Shown here in pieces: positions 1 to 9,530 of a stretch of DNA of 49,026 bases (within the stretch, counting starts at the first letter, position 1; every line of letters starts with the position of its first letter). The DNA is from a virus. Lineage: Duplodnaviria > Caudoviricetes. Made by a program: the position numbers and the translations under genes. The DNA is taken from positions 1-49,026 of the IMG/VR virus record IMGVR_UViG_3300027994_000008. One strand, 5' to 3'. Under the pieces are notes generated by a model. The model was not told the origin of the DNA. It saw nothing but the letters and a program-made list of their open reading frames with translations, and ran no database searches.

Positions 1-3
1 CTT

Positions 4-129
4 AAAGTTAAAAGCCGAGTACTTTGCAACGGTTGACCGCGGCCGGCTAAGTTTTGACGACGAACTGAAATTCAGGGCGCATTTCAACGAGCCCAACAAA
101 TCTGTAACGGATTTTGTGGACGGCTTCGC
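4..129. repeat. Terminal direct repeat (circular assembly overlap), copy 1
   Basis: 4..129 is identical to 48901..49026 (126 bp, AAAGTTAAAAGCC...GACGGCTTCGC). Confidence 0.95.
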
Positions 130-171
130 TATTTTTATACTTAATAACGCTAAAACACAATAAAAAAGTAT

Positions 172-378
172 ATGGCAAAAACAGCATTACAACGACTTAA
201 GGAGTTTTTTATTTTGGAAAATAATAACCCGTCACTTTCGCAAGTTTTAGATAAAATAGAATTATTGGAAAAGCAAGAAACCGCCGATTTAGTGGAAGCA
301 TTTAAAGAAGGCAAGCGCAATAATTTCAAGCATCCGCATGAGTATTTAAGCGAAATTTTCGATATGGAATTTAATTAA
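172..378 (+). CDS. Hypothetical protein (68 aa)
   Basis: ORF with A-rich leader, in series with flanking + strand ORFs. Confidence 0.7.
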   Translation: MAKTALQRLKEFFILENNNPSLSQVLDKIELLEKQETADLVEAFKEGKRNNFKHPHEYLSEIFDMEFN

Positions 379-393
379 ACAACGCAAAAAAAT

Positions 394-1134
394 ATGCAAA
401 CCACAACAGAAATTTTAAAGGAACTGATCGAGTTGGCTCCGAGTATTTACGAAGGCAACAAGCAACGTGGCTTTTGGGAAAAAGGCGCAGGCGAGTGCAA
501 AACTGAAAGGACGGTACTTATCATTACGGAACTTGCCGAAGCGGTCGAGGCGCATAGGCACGGGAAACAATACAATCCTAAATTACGGAACGATTGGTTC
601 AGGGACATGCCGTACGACGACAACGAAATCGGATTTATTTTTAGAAATAAAGGAAATTACCAAGGTAATTATACTGGTATGTTGAATGTAGAATTATTGG
701 ACGAAGCCCAATGGCTTTTTATTTTCAAAAGCCAAGTAAAAGACACGGTGGAAGATGAAATGGCCGACGTGGTTATTAGGTTTTTAGATACATGCCAGGG
801 TTTTAGTTTGGGATTGGCCTCAGCTATGGGCTTTATAAGCGAAGAAGTTTTAAAAGAACCTATCGGGTTTAAAAATACGTCTTTTATAATAGGTATTCAT
901 TACTTAATTAATCGGATTTCCGTAATCGCTGGTTACATATCAGACAAAGAAACCGTCAATGATAACGAGGGATATTATTTAAACATACTACAATACCAAA
1001 AATCCGCTCTTGCTAATTGTTTTTTAGATATTGTTTGGTTCTGTCAAGAACATAACATTGATATTGTGCAGCATGTCAACTGGAAATTAAAATATAACGC
1101 TACCCGTCCTTACAAGCACGGTAAAAAATATTAA
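394..1134 (+). CDS. MazG-like nucleotide pyrophosphohydrolase
   Basis: LIITELAEAVEAHR, VEDEMADVVIRFLD and C-terminal KLKYNATRPYKHGKKY motifs typical of phage MazG-like proteins. Confidence 0.8.
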   Translation: MQTTTEILKELIELAPSIYEGNKQRGFWEKGAGECKTERTVLIITELAEAVEAHRHGKQYNPKLRNDWFRDMPYDDNEIGFIFRNKGNYQGNYTGMLNVELLDEAQWLFIFKSQVKDTVEDEMADVVIRFLDTCQGFSLGLASAMGFISEEVLKEPIGFKNTSFIIGIHYLINRISVIAGYISDKETVNDNEGYYLNILQYQKSALANCFLDIVWFCQEHNIDIVQHVNWKLKYNATRPYKHGKKY

Positions 1135-1163
1135 TCCGTAGTTTCATTCATAAGGATATTGGT

Positions 1164-1196
1164 AAAGCCGGACGTTTTTACGCCCGGCTTATTTAT
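1164..1196. terminator. Putative bidirectional intrinsic terminator
   Basis: AAGCCGG...CCGGCTT hairpin between convergent genes. Confidence 0.6.
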
Positions 1197-4100
1197 TTTA
1201 TCCCGTGTTTGAATTTGTACATTTCGTATAACATGGCGTTTTGCCTGTCCAACTGCCCCGCCACTGCATCATAGTTGGGCGCTTTCGCTTGCTTGATGCC
1301 TTTGATAGCGGTAACTATCTTATCAGTCCCGTTATCACTTCTCGTATTACCACCCGTAAACAATGAAGCGGTTTGCGCAAACATGCTGCGCTGCATGGCC
1401 TCGTTGATCTGGTCGCTGTTAAATACCTCGGTGCCTTTGCGCAGGTTGCGCACCTGGTCCGTGTTCACGAAGTAAGGTGCAAGCCCCGGCTCGGTTACAA
1501 GCTCCGTTTTACCGCCCTCACCGATACGCGCTGGGCCGCCTTCGTGCGGTTTGCCCCTTGTGCCCTTCGCGTAGGCAGGCAGAGGCCTTGCAATTGCTGT
1601 AGCAAGCTGCACCGCACCAATAGCGGCGGCAAGCGCGATCAAAACAGGATTAGGCGAAGCTTTGGCAATGGCTACGGCCGTGGCGAACACAATAGACGCT
1701 ATCGCTTGTGCTTTTTCAAACTTGGCTTCTTTTAACTTTATTTCCCTTTTTTCCCTATCCCTTGCTTTGTCGCGTTCGTCTTTTTCCGCTTCCATCACTT
1801 TCAGCGTGTCTGCCTTTTGTTGTTCGGTCAAAGTACTGTTAGTGATGTTGTTCACCTGGCGTTGGTAGTTCTCGTCGTCCTTGTCTTGTTCTTCTTGCAA
1901 CTGGTTTAAACGGATCTCATAACCCCGGGTTGCAAGGACGTTTATAAATTCGATGCTTTCCTGCGCCAATTTCTTCAAAGCGTCGTATAGTTCTTTGCGC
2001 TTTGCGAGTTGCTTCGCTGCCGCGTCGTCCGCTGTTTTTACCTCCGCTTCCGCGCCCTTTTTGACAAGCGCTAAATACTGGTCGTTCAGCCCTTTCAACT
2101 TATCATATTTCTTTTGGGCGATGGCCTCTTCTTCCGCTGCCGCCTGTTGTTCTGCGTCCGTACCCGCCATGGCGGTATTTGCCTTTGCCGCTGCCAGTTC
2201 TTCGTCCGCTTCTTTAAAAGCGTCCGTTATCCAACCCATTGCCTCGATCTGCTTCTTAACGTCTGCGGCGTCTGAGCGGTTTACTTCGGTATCGTATTTT
2301 TCCTTTGCTTCTTTGCGCTTCTTCAAATACGTGGTATAGCTTATCTCGCCTTTGTTAAGGCTAGCGGAAAGAGCGGTTACCTCGCTTGCATAGTTTTGCG
2401 CTACCCAAATGTTGTGCCCATTGAACAAGGCTTTTATTTTGTCCAGGTTCTTTACGCGCTCGTCAATTTGCTGCGCCCATTCGCTGTACATAATTGCTGA
2501 AATATCTTCTTCGCCCTGGTGCGTGGCAGTTGCCTGGCTGCTGTAGTATTTGGCCGTTAACGCCTTTAGTTGCGTATCGGTAATGCTCTTGGACTTCACG
2601 CGGTATGAAGGGTCGGCCAATAGTTTTGCGATTTCTTCTTCACTGATATGCGCCGCCCTTAGTTCGGCTTTATAATCCGCTGTTATTAGTTCCTGTTTGG
2701 CATCCTGGTAGGCTTGTTGCGCCTGTAAACGTTGTTGCAAGGTCAATTCTTCAAAGCCTTTCAGTTCTTCGTTTATTTCAACCCTTTTTGCAAACTCTGT
2801 TTTTGCAATGTCCACCAGCGCCGCATATTCTTTCAACCGGTAATCTTCATTTTGCTGAAAAAGGTCTTCGTTTAATTGACGGTTGATAAGTAACTTGTCC
2901 TGTTTGTATTTCGCATAGGCATTGATAAGGTCTGCGGTCCCTTTCTTTGAAGGGTCGTTCACCACGAACGCCAGTTCTGCTTCCGCTGATTTCTTTTGTG
3001 CAGCGGCGATGTTGTTCAACGCTTTCAACCTTTCGTCCAGGGTGCTGGTATCGCTGTTTAAAATACGTTGGTTTGCATCCGTCACCGCTTCGGCGCTAAG
3101 CTTGGCACTTTCCAAAGTAACCTTCCGCGCTTGTTCTTCTTTGTAGGTTTGTATTTCAATAGCCTTGGCATTGATTTGGGCTATCGTTTGCGCTTTGTCC
3201 TCGTTCAGCTTCACAATGTCCCCAAAAGCAGTGTTTGCGTCTTTGTATTCTTTTTCTGCGAGGTCTTTTGATTTGGTGTATGCTTCGTCGTCAGTATTCT
3301 GTTTCCATTGGTTGTAGGCATCGTAATATTTTATACGTGCATCCAATGCCTTTTGTTCAAGTTCCTGCTGCTTGGCATTGTCGGGCAAAGCGGCCTCAGC
3401 GCCCACGCCAAAACTTTTGAACTTCAAATCTAATATTTTTTGTTCCTGCAACAATTGTTCGCCCCGACTTTTATTGCCTGCCTGTAAGTATTCAAGTTCG
3501 GCACGTGCGCCCCTCACATTGTCTTTGTACTCGTTTTCATAATTGGTCTGCAAAGCTTTCTCCAGTTCCAATTGCTCTTTTAAAGAATCATTGCGCTTCT
3601 TTGTTGCTTCGGTTGCCTTAAGGGTCGCTGCTTCACTGTCAAACAAACCGGCTATAAAGCTTGCCACTTTTGTACCGTAAATGGTAAGTAAGGCAATACC
3701 GATGTTCAGGGCCATGTTCCAGTTAAAGAAACTGGTCGCAATGCGTTCAATCAAATTAGGCGTTTCTTTGCCTTGTTCCTGTAATACTTTTATTTCATCT
3801 TTTGCCTTGCGCACCTCGTCGATTACCATTGGTAGGTTATTGGAAATGGCCAGCAAAAAAGTATTGGCGCTAACTGCCAGCGAGGGCAGTTCACGTGCTA
3901 CTTGGCTAAAAGAAACCTGCAAACCGTTAAAGGCCTCTTTGTAGTTACCAACGTTTCTTTGGTTTTGGCCTACGGCACTGTCCACGCGCAATAAAATGTC
4001 GTACATTTCCCGCGCGTTCTTAACAGCGGCAACGGTCACTGGGTTGGTTTCGCCCAACCGCAATGCATAGTTTTTTGCTTTCAGGGCAGCATCGTTGTAG

Positions 4101-4540
4101 GCAAGCGACAACTGCTTGTAATCGTTCAAAACTTCTTCTTCGATTTTCTTTTCACGGCTTGCAGCGGTTGCCGCACTGTCTGAAGCCTGCGTTTTAAGCT
4201 TTTTGGTTTTGATTGCCTCTTGTTCCGCTTTCTCGTTCAGTATGGTTTGTTTGGTGCTTTCCTGCGTTGTTTTTAACTTCGCTTGTTCTGCTTTTTCGCC
4301 ATCGATTGTAGCTTTGGTATTATCGTTTTGGGTCTTGGTAAGCCCCGCCAAGGACGCTTGCAGTTCGCGGTTCTTTGCGATCAGGTCGGTAATTGACTTG
4401 GTGCTTACCTTCAGGCTTGAAATTTCGTTGTATTTCGCCAGCACTTCTTCTGCATAGGCGATTACCTTATCTTTGCTTTGTTCCGCGTACGCGGTGTCAA
4501 AACCTAACTGATAATTTGATTGTGCTAAAACATCGGCCAT
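1193..4540 (-). CDS. Tail tape measure protein
   Basis: Long A/E/K/Q-rich helical protein; GQNQRNVGNY and QVARELPS motifs, hydrophobic patch, C-terminal PAYAKGT...IGEGGKTELV; start MADVLAQ at 4540 preferred. Confidence 0.85.
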   Translation of the reverse strand: MADVLAQSNYQLGFDTAYAEQSKDKVIAYAEEVLAKYNEISSLKVSTKSITDLIAKNRELQASLAGLTKTQNDNTKATIDGEKAEQAKLKTTQESTKQTILNEKAEQEAIKTKKLKTQASDSAATAASREKKIEEEVLNDYKQLSLAYNDAALKAKNYALRLGETNPVTVAAVKNAREMYDILLRVDSAVGQNQRNVGNYKEAFNGLQVSFSQVARELPSLAVSANTFLLAISNNLPMVIDEVRKAKDEIKVLQEQGKETPNLIERIATSFFNWNMALNIGIALLTIYGTKVASFIAGLFDSEAATLKATEATKKRNDSLKEQLELEKALQTNYENEYKDNVRGARAELEYLQAGNKSRGEQLLQEQKILDLKFKSFGVGAEAALPDNAKQQELEQKALDARIKYYDAYNQWKQNTDDEAYTKSKDLAEKEYKDANTAFGDIVKLNEDKAQTIAQINAKAIEIQTYKEEQARKVTLESAKLSAEAVTDANQRILNSDTSTLDERLKALNNIAAAQKKSAEAELAFVVNDPSKKGTADLINAYAKYKQDKLLINRQLNEDLFQQNEDYRLKEYAALVDIAKTEFAKRVEINEELKGFEELTLQQRLQAQQAYQDAKQELITADYKAELRAAHISEEEIAKLLADPSYRVKSKSITDTQLKALTAKYYSSQATATHQGEEDISAIMYSEWAQQIDERVKNLDKIKALFNGHNIWVAQNYASEVTALSASLNKGEISYTTYLKKRKEAKEKYDTEVNRSDAADVKKQIEAMGWITDAFKEADEELAAAKANTAMAGTDAEQQAAAEEEAIAQKKYDKLKGLNDQYLALVKKGAEAEVKTADDAAAKQLAKRKELYDALKKLAQESIEFINVLATRGYEIRLNQLQEEQDKDDENYQRQVNNITNSTLTEQQKADTLKVMEAEKDERDKARDREKREIKLKEAKFEKAQAIASIVFATAVAIAKASPNPVLIALAAAIGAVQLATAIARPLPAYAKGTRGKPHEGGPARIGEGGKTELVTEPGLAPYFVNTDQVRNLRKGTEVFNSDQINEAMQRSMFAQTASLFTGGNTRSDNGTDKIVTAIKGIKQAKAPNYDAVAGQLDRQNAMLYEMYKFKHGIK

Positions 4541-4541
4541 T

Positions 4542-5156
4542 ATGGTAAATTTAATAAACAGCGCAGCGGTTTGCACCGTTGGCCAGTTCGTTCAATGCAA
4601 ATATAATAACAATTTAAAGGTACTGGTTATTTCCGGTGAACCTACTGCAAAAGAATTGGCGGAAGCGTGGGAAGCGATCAGCGCCCAATACATCGAAGCC
4701 GCCGGCGTTGACATACCAGAGTTTGCCGCCATGCAGGAAATACACAATTTAAAAGTAAAGAAAAACGGGCTTACCCTGCTTTTCCACCTGCAAGATGTTT
4801 GGATCGAAAAGTTTGCCGAACCGCACGTAATTGGGTTGGAGAAACTGGCAAAGCACAACGTTAAACCTGTTTGGCGCGGCGATGTTGCCGACTTCGTAAA
4901 GCAACTGGACAAAGCGAAGGACCGCAACAAAAGTATTGATGTGCAGATCAGCGAAGCGGAATACAGCCTGGACAATATACGGATTGCGTTGGGCAAAGAA
5001 GGCGTAATCAGCGATAGCCGGCAGGACTTCCGCAAATTGTTGATCGAGGTACAAAGGCAAGGATATAAGATTGACGAGGACAAAACCACCGTTGAAGATT
5101 TCGGCCTAATGCTGCGGTTGATATTTGAGAAAAATAATGCGGCGAATATGAATTAA
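4542..5156 (+). CDS. Phage protein adjacent to tape measure (possible tail assembly chaperone), inverted orientation
   Basis: 204-aa ORF with natural composition filling the gap between tail genes; function inferred from position only. Confidence 0.55.
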   Translation: MVNLINSAAVCTVGQFVQCKYNNNLKVLVISGEPTAKELAEAWEAISAQYIEAAGVDIPEFAAMQEIHNLKVKKNGLTLLFHLQDVWIEKFAEPHVIGLEKLAKHNVKPVWRGDVADFVKQLDKAKDRNKSIDVQISEAEYSLDNIRIALGKEGVISDSRQDFRKLLIEVQRQGYKIDEDKTTVEDFGLMLRLIFEKNNAANMN

Positions 5157-5599
5157 CCAACACCTAAAACCTCTCTCATTCGCCGTGCAATAATTGGCTT
5201 GGTGTAAGATTGTACAAACATGTCGCAATAGTCTTTGCTAAGCCCTACCGTTTCTTTGCCGCTGCGTTTAATCATTTTATCGAACTTGAAATTGTCCGAT
5301 TGGATTGTAAAAGTAGTTGGGGTTACTTTCACGCGTAGGCTTTTATATAATTCGCCCGTGTCATAAAAAGTCACCCTATCCGTAACGGCACCTAAGCCCA
5401 CGCCAAATTGTTGTTTGGCAGCAACCGTGTACTTTGTATATTGCGGGTTTATCTGCCTGCCATCGTTGCGCAAACCTTGCGACAACTGATCTGCCTGCAA
5501 GTCCGCTACCCGTTCTTTATTATCTTCAATAATAACCTGCAATTCATCTTGAAAGTTAAAGCCCCTGAGCTTCGCCAAATGTTCCTGGATTGTTTGCAT
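5153..5599 (-). CDS. Putative tail completion / neck protein (HK97 gp10-like)
   Basis: YTKYTVAAK...DRVTFYDTGELYKSL motif; position in tail module; start MQTIQE preferred. Confidence 0.55.
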   Translation of the reverse strand: MQTIQEHLAKLRGFNFQDELQVIIEDNKERVADLQADQLSQGLRNDGRQINPQYTKYTVAAKQQFGVGLGAVTDRVTFYDTGELYKSLRVKVTPTTFTIQSDNFKFDKMIKRSGKETVGLSKDYCDMFVQSYTKPIIARRMREVLGVG

Positions 5600-5607
5600 G
5601 AAATACT

Positions 5608-5628
5608 TACTTTTGTAGGACAAAATTA
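5608..5628. promoter_or_regulatory. Palindromic promoter/operator box (copy 1), between divergent genes
   Basis: TACTTTTGTAGGACAAAATTA; TAnnTTTG on both strands. Confidence 0.7.
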
Positions 5629-5639
5629 ATAAAAAAAAC

Positions 5640-5873
5640 ATGAGGACACAACCTTGTACTTTTTGTGCACTGGACGACAAAGAAAATTCTTTTAGCCAAC
5701 ATCTATGCAGTAACGGCCAAGTACTTTTACCCGACAACTCATTAGAATGGTTGCAATTAAACCAAGCATACAGTTACCCAAAAGAGCAAGAAAATATAAT
5801 AGCGCCCGTACTTGCAAAATTTGTTAGATGTTTGAAGTCAGGCGCTATTAAGATAGAAGAATTAAACTATTGA
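5640..5873 (+). CDS. Hypothetical small protein
   Basis: 77-aa ORF immediately after promoter box with poly-A leader. Confidence 0.6.
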   Translation: MRTQPCTFCALDDKENSFSQHLCSNGQVLLPDNSLEWLQLNQAYSYPKEQENIIAPVLAKFVRCLKSGAIKIEELNY

Positions 5874-7706
5874 TTAAGGGTTGTTAGCTAAATATTGTGT
5901 TGCTAACAATTGCCCTAATTGCAGGTGCCCCGCTACTTTTGGATGGACTGCATCGAATGAATTATTTATTACAATGTTTTCACCCGTTGTACCTAAATCG
6001 TAAATAAATACGTGCGAGTCCCCCGAAGCAGTTATGTAATCATTTACACCTTGCGTAATATTGGCATTTACATTTGTGCGGTTCGCATAAAACGGCAACA
6101 CTATATTAATTTGGGTTGTGGTGTTTAATGTGCCGCGTACTGCCGCTAACCAGTTTTGCACTGTTATCGCAGCAACAGCGCCGTTTGTTCCATGATTACA
6201 AAAAACAACATCTGGTATAGGGGAGAATTTGCTTGATACCAATCGGCTAACCCCATTTTTATATTTGTCCCAACTTTGGTCAAACCTAGGCACCCCGCCT
6301 GCGCTTGTAGATTCCCATCCTAATCCGCCGTATGCTATGATACCTATTTCGGCTTCGATTTCATCAGCTAACACCATCGCATAGGAATCTATTGTCGAGC
6401 CTGTCGCAGTAGCCGTTCCGCCTGGCGATAGTGCCTGTTGGGCCAATGATATTGAATCACCATCTACAATTGCTTTTTTAGCAAATACAGTAGGTGCTTG
6501 AAAGCTTGCACCAACATTGGCTGTAATTTTTGTTATTCTAATTGCATTTGCATTCCAACTATCGCCAAAAACATAAAGCGCATTTAGGATAATTTTTACA
6601 TTATGTACCGTATTGGATAGCCCACTAACAGTAGCGGTTGTTTGGTTGTTGGCGAGCGTTATAGAAGTCCTTACGCCGTCAATAATGAAAAGCAATATAG
6701 GCGTTTGGTTAGATGCCGCACTTGCGTATTGCGAAGGGTCTAAATTGACTGTTATTGAAGTCCCTGTAAACTTACATTTAACATACGCGCCTGAATTTGC
6801 TTCTATATAATCAGTACCTGAAAAACGCCAGTTAGCAGGCGAAGTATAAAGTTTGGAATCGTTAACTAACAATTCAGGAATACCAGCAACACTTAAATTT
6901 TCAACTTTAAATTCATCGCCATTCATCTGAACCGGTGAGCCTGTTTGATTAGATAAGCGCATCCCTTGCACACCGGATGAAAAACTGGCATCAGTAGCTA
7001 GTACCATGTAATCCGTAGGCTCTGTATCTTCATCTTTCCAAAATTTAACCTTGATAGTGTTGCCTACCGCTTCCATTTTAAAGCAAACCACCTTGCCAAC
7101 TAAATCACTGAGATCGTGCGGGGCTTCGTTAATTGCGGCATAATTACCGCTTTCCCTTTTGTATATAGAGAGGTAGGTGCCATTCGCCAATAGCAGGTAG
7201 TGGTTTTGCCCTGTACCATCATCCCTTAACAACGGCATGGCACCCGGCGCACCATTGTTAAATTTGGTTTTCATAGTAACACGCTGGTCTTCTATATCCT
7301 TTCCGGCATAAAGACAAATGTGTCCGTCAGACGAAGTGCTCTCACCTAAACTTTTTGTACCTACAACGGGGCTGTTATTAGTTACGATGAAGTCTGCAGG
7401 CGAAATATTTATCCAATCTTCGGGAAGCTCCCCTAATACATCTGTTTCAAACCCATTTTCGTAATTGTCCGGTGGTAAATCAAAAGCAGTAGTATTATAC
7501 GCCCATTCACTAGCAGGGTGCCCATCATGTGCTTTTTGCCTTATCCTGAAATCGCCGGCGGCAACACTCTGCCCCATTGGAAAAGTACTTGTTAAAAAAT
7601 CAGGGTCGTTTGCCTGGTCGTTCGTACATGGCACCGTTGTAGCGCCTGTGAAATCGCCCGCTACCCCAATTTGGTATTCTAAAAATCTTGTTTCTATTGA
7701 TGGCAT
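5874..7706 (-). CDS. Multi-domain protein: truncated beta-sandwich, lectin-like domain, C-terminal SGNH/GDSL esterase
   Basis: SGNH blocks GDSIS, GGLG, NHGTN, DAVHP; beta-rich N-terminal half; located in tail module. Confidence 0.8.
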   Translation of the reverse strand: MPSIETRFLEYQIGVAGDFTGATTVPCTNDQANDPDFLTSTFPMGQSVAAGDFRIRQKAHDGHPASEWAYNTTAFDLPPDNYENGFETDVLGELPEDWINISPADFIVTNNSPVVGTKSLGESTSSDGHICLYAGKDIEDQRVTMKTKFNNGAPGAMPLLRDDGTGQNHYLLLANGTYLSIYKRESGNYAAINEAPHDLSDLVGKVVCFKMEAVGNTIKVKFWKDEDTEPTDYMVLATDASFSSGVQGMRLSNQTGSPVQMNGDEFKVENLSVAGIPELLVNDSKLYTSPANWRFSGTDYIEANSGAYVKCKFTGTSITVNLDPSQYASAASNQTPILLFIIDGVRTSITLANNQTTATVSGLSNTVHNVKIILNALYVFGDSWNANAIRITKITANVGASFQAPTVFAKKAIVDGDSISLAQQALSPGGTATATGSTIDSYAMVLADEIEAEIGIIAYGGLGWESTSAGGVPRFDQSWDKYKNGVSRLVSSKFSPIPDVVFCNHGTNGAVAAITVQNWLAAVRGTLNTTTQINIVLPFYANRTNVNANITQGVNDYITASGDSHVFIYDLGTTGENIVINNSFDAVHPKVAGHLQLGQLLATQYLANNP

Positions 7707-7707
7707 G

Positions 7708-7872
7708 TTAATTTGTTGTTGGGTTTGTGACTTTAAAACCTGTTTCTACCGCAAGTATATTACCTGGTGGCGCTGTTATCTCCCCGCCATTAAAGTAACT
7801 GCTTATTGCATTCAAAACGCCTTTGAAATCCGTGTCCTGCGGGTTTCCTTCTAAAATAACTTTCATGTTCAT
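7708..7872 (-). CDS. Small ORF (54 aa) ending APPGNILAVETGFKVTNPTTN
   Basis: Manual translation MNMKVILEGNPQDTDF...TNPTTN*; stop 1 nt before ATG of the 610-aa gene; not in ORF track. Confidence 0.65.
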   Translation of the reverse strand: MNMKVILEGNPQDTDFKGVLNAISSYFNGGEITAPPGNILAVETGFKVTNPTTN

Positions 7873-7905
7873 TTGTTGCTTGCTTTAATTGGTTAACCTA
7901 TAAAT

Positions 7906-7941
7906 AAAAAAGCTGCCCACGTTTTATATGGGCAGCTTTTT
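7906..7941. terminator. Intrinsic terminator after major tail gene
   Basis: AAAAAGCTGCCCA...TGGGCAGCTTTTT hairpin with A/T tracts on both sides. Confidence 0.8.
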
Positions 7942-7953
7942 AATGAACTTTTT

Positions 7954-8046
7954 TTATCCACCTACCAACTCTGTAGGGTTGGTAACGGTGAACCCTGTGC
8001 CGCTCGTAACTACGCCTGTCGGGCTACCAGACGACGGCGTTACTCC
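7954..8046 (-). other. Putative -1 frameshift C-terminal extension of major tail protein (30 aa)
   Basis: -1 frame at ATC CCG GAG TAA reads GVTPSSGSPTGVVTSGTGFTVTNPTELVGG*; no own start codon; ends just before terminator. Confidence 0.6.
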
Positions 8047-8954
8047 GGGATGGTAACACTTAAAATGTTTACGATCTCTATGCCTTCAACGTTATTGGCA
8101 AGTAAAGCCGAAGGGCTTACGCCCTGCACGGTCAAAACGCTGCCAGCCGTTTGCGAAGGAATGGTGAACACAATGTTCACCCCTACCGTTGCGGGGGCTG
8201 TAGGCGTTACGGTCGTACCGTCCGCTTTCTTTATGATGTAGTTGGCAATTGCACCAAGGCCAGTCCTGCCGGCGATCAAATCTTTTTTAGAACACTCGGC
8301 AACGAGGCCCAACGCAATAGAAGTTTGGGTGTTTGGTACCGTGCCCTGTATCAAAACAGCGTCGATCAAACCTTTTAACCCGGTCAGGTCTTCACCATCT
8401 TGTTTTAAGATTTTGCTGTTTTCAATGTATTCTTTCGGTGTTACGGAAATGAACAAATTATTCATGTTTACCGTAGTGAAAGTTGCCTTTGTTGGTTTTG
8501 GCGAATACATTTCGTTCGGCCTTAAACCGGAGAAAGTACCGTCTGCGTTTGCACGGAAACAAACTTTGCCGTCTATGTCAATTTCGATAAATGAAAACCT
8601 GCGGCCGTTAAAGCTTGCCAAAGCCGCTGCCAGGCAATTACCGCCCGTGTTGGTTGACAAAAGCCAGTTATAAACGCCTGAGCGTACAAATACCTGTGCA
8701 CCGTTGTCAAACGTTTGCGTTACATCGTTTTCATCGCTGGCGGCAAGGCCTTTAATAGAACCGATCAACGGGAACATTTTTTTGGCGTGTATCTGCGTAA
8801 TGCAGTACTCGTAAAAATCTGCAAGGTCTTCGGCTGTCCACGTCAAAGACGGATCTACCGCAATTATCATTGCAGGTGCCAGCATACTGGCTTCGCATAC
8901 TACGCCCGTGTTTTTTGGGGTATTTTCTGCGGCACATACTTCTAATAGTGGCAT
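8040..8954 (-). CDS. Major tail (tube) protein
   Basis: 304 aa, N-terminal C..NTG..C motif, beta-rich, Ig-like C-terminus; position after head-tail genes. Confidence 0.7.
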   Translation of the reverse strand: MPLLEVCAAENTPKNTGVVCEASMLAPAMIIAVDPSLTWTAEDLADFYEYCITQIHAKKMFPLIGSIKGLAASDENDVTQTFDNGAQVFVRSGVYNWLLSTNTGGNCLAAALASFNGRRFSFIEIDIDGKVCFRANADGTFSGLRPNEMYSPKPTKATFTTVNMNNLFISVTPKEYIENSKILKQDGEDLTGLKGLIDAVLIQGTVPNTQTSIALGLVAECSKKDLIAGRTGLGAIANYIIKKADGTTVTPTAPATVGVNIVFTIPSQTAGSVLTVQGVSPSALLANNVEGIEIVNILSVTIPE

Positions 8955-8972
8955 GTTTGTAAGTTTAAAATT

Positions 8973-9530
8973 TTAACAATCACATTTATTATAATCGAAA
9001 AGTAAATCAAAGTCAAAGCGGAACATGTGCCACGGGTGCATGTCGCGGAACTTAAGCCCCTTGCTTACCCGTGCCGCGCTATATTCCTTCAGCACATTTT
9101 CAAGCCCTGTCAATTGCTGTTTTGGGATAAACCCATAAAACCTTTTTTCAATAACGTTGTAAACGTCCTGCCATACGGCGGCATCGTTGCGGCTATCGCC
9201 CGGCCTTATTTTTTCCAGGTTCACAAAGAATATAAGGTGTACCGTTGTCTTTGCAGTTTCCGCAATGACCGTTTGTACATCTATGCCATAAAAAGACAAC
9301 ACTTTTACTTTGTCGTCCAGTAGGCTATCCTTGTATTCTTTGTTTCCTAGATAAAGTTCGGGCATGTACCCCGTGTCGGTTTGGTTGCGGTAACACCGAG
9401 GAAAACATAAATACCCTTTGGGGTCTGCTTCGTCAATTTCCCAAACCGCGCATAATTTCTTATGCAACGTTTTCTGGTGACGGGCGATGTATTTATCGAT
9501 CCCTTCAAGTTGCTGCCTTTCTACTAACAT
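8973..9530 (-). CDS. Putative tail terminator / head-tail joining protein
   Basis: Position and size; C-terminal HMFRFDFDLLF strand. Confidence 0.5.
   Translation of the reverse strand: MLVERQQLEGIDKYIARHQKTLHKKLCAVWEIDEADPKGYLCFPRCYRNQTDTGYMPELYLGNKEYKDSLLDDKVKVLSFYGIDVQTVIAETAKTTVHLIFFVNLEKIRPGDSRNDAAVWQDVYNVIEKRFYGFIPKQQLTGLENVLKEYSAARVSKGLKFRDMHPWHMFRFDFDLLFDYNKCDC

Noticed and set aside
1275-4457. Plus-strand ORFs opposite the tape measure gene (and similar antisense ORFs genome-wide)
   Set aside because: Shadow ORFs of long minus-strand genes with S/F/L/A-biased composition
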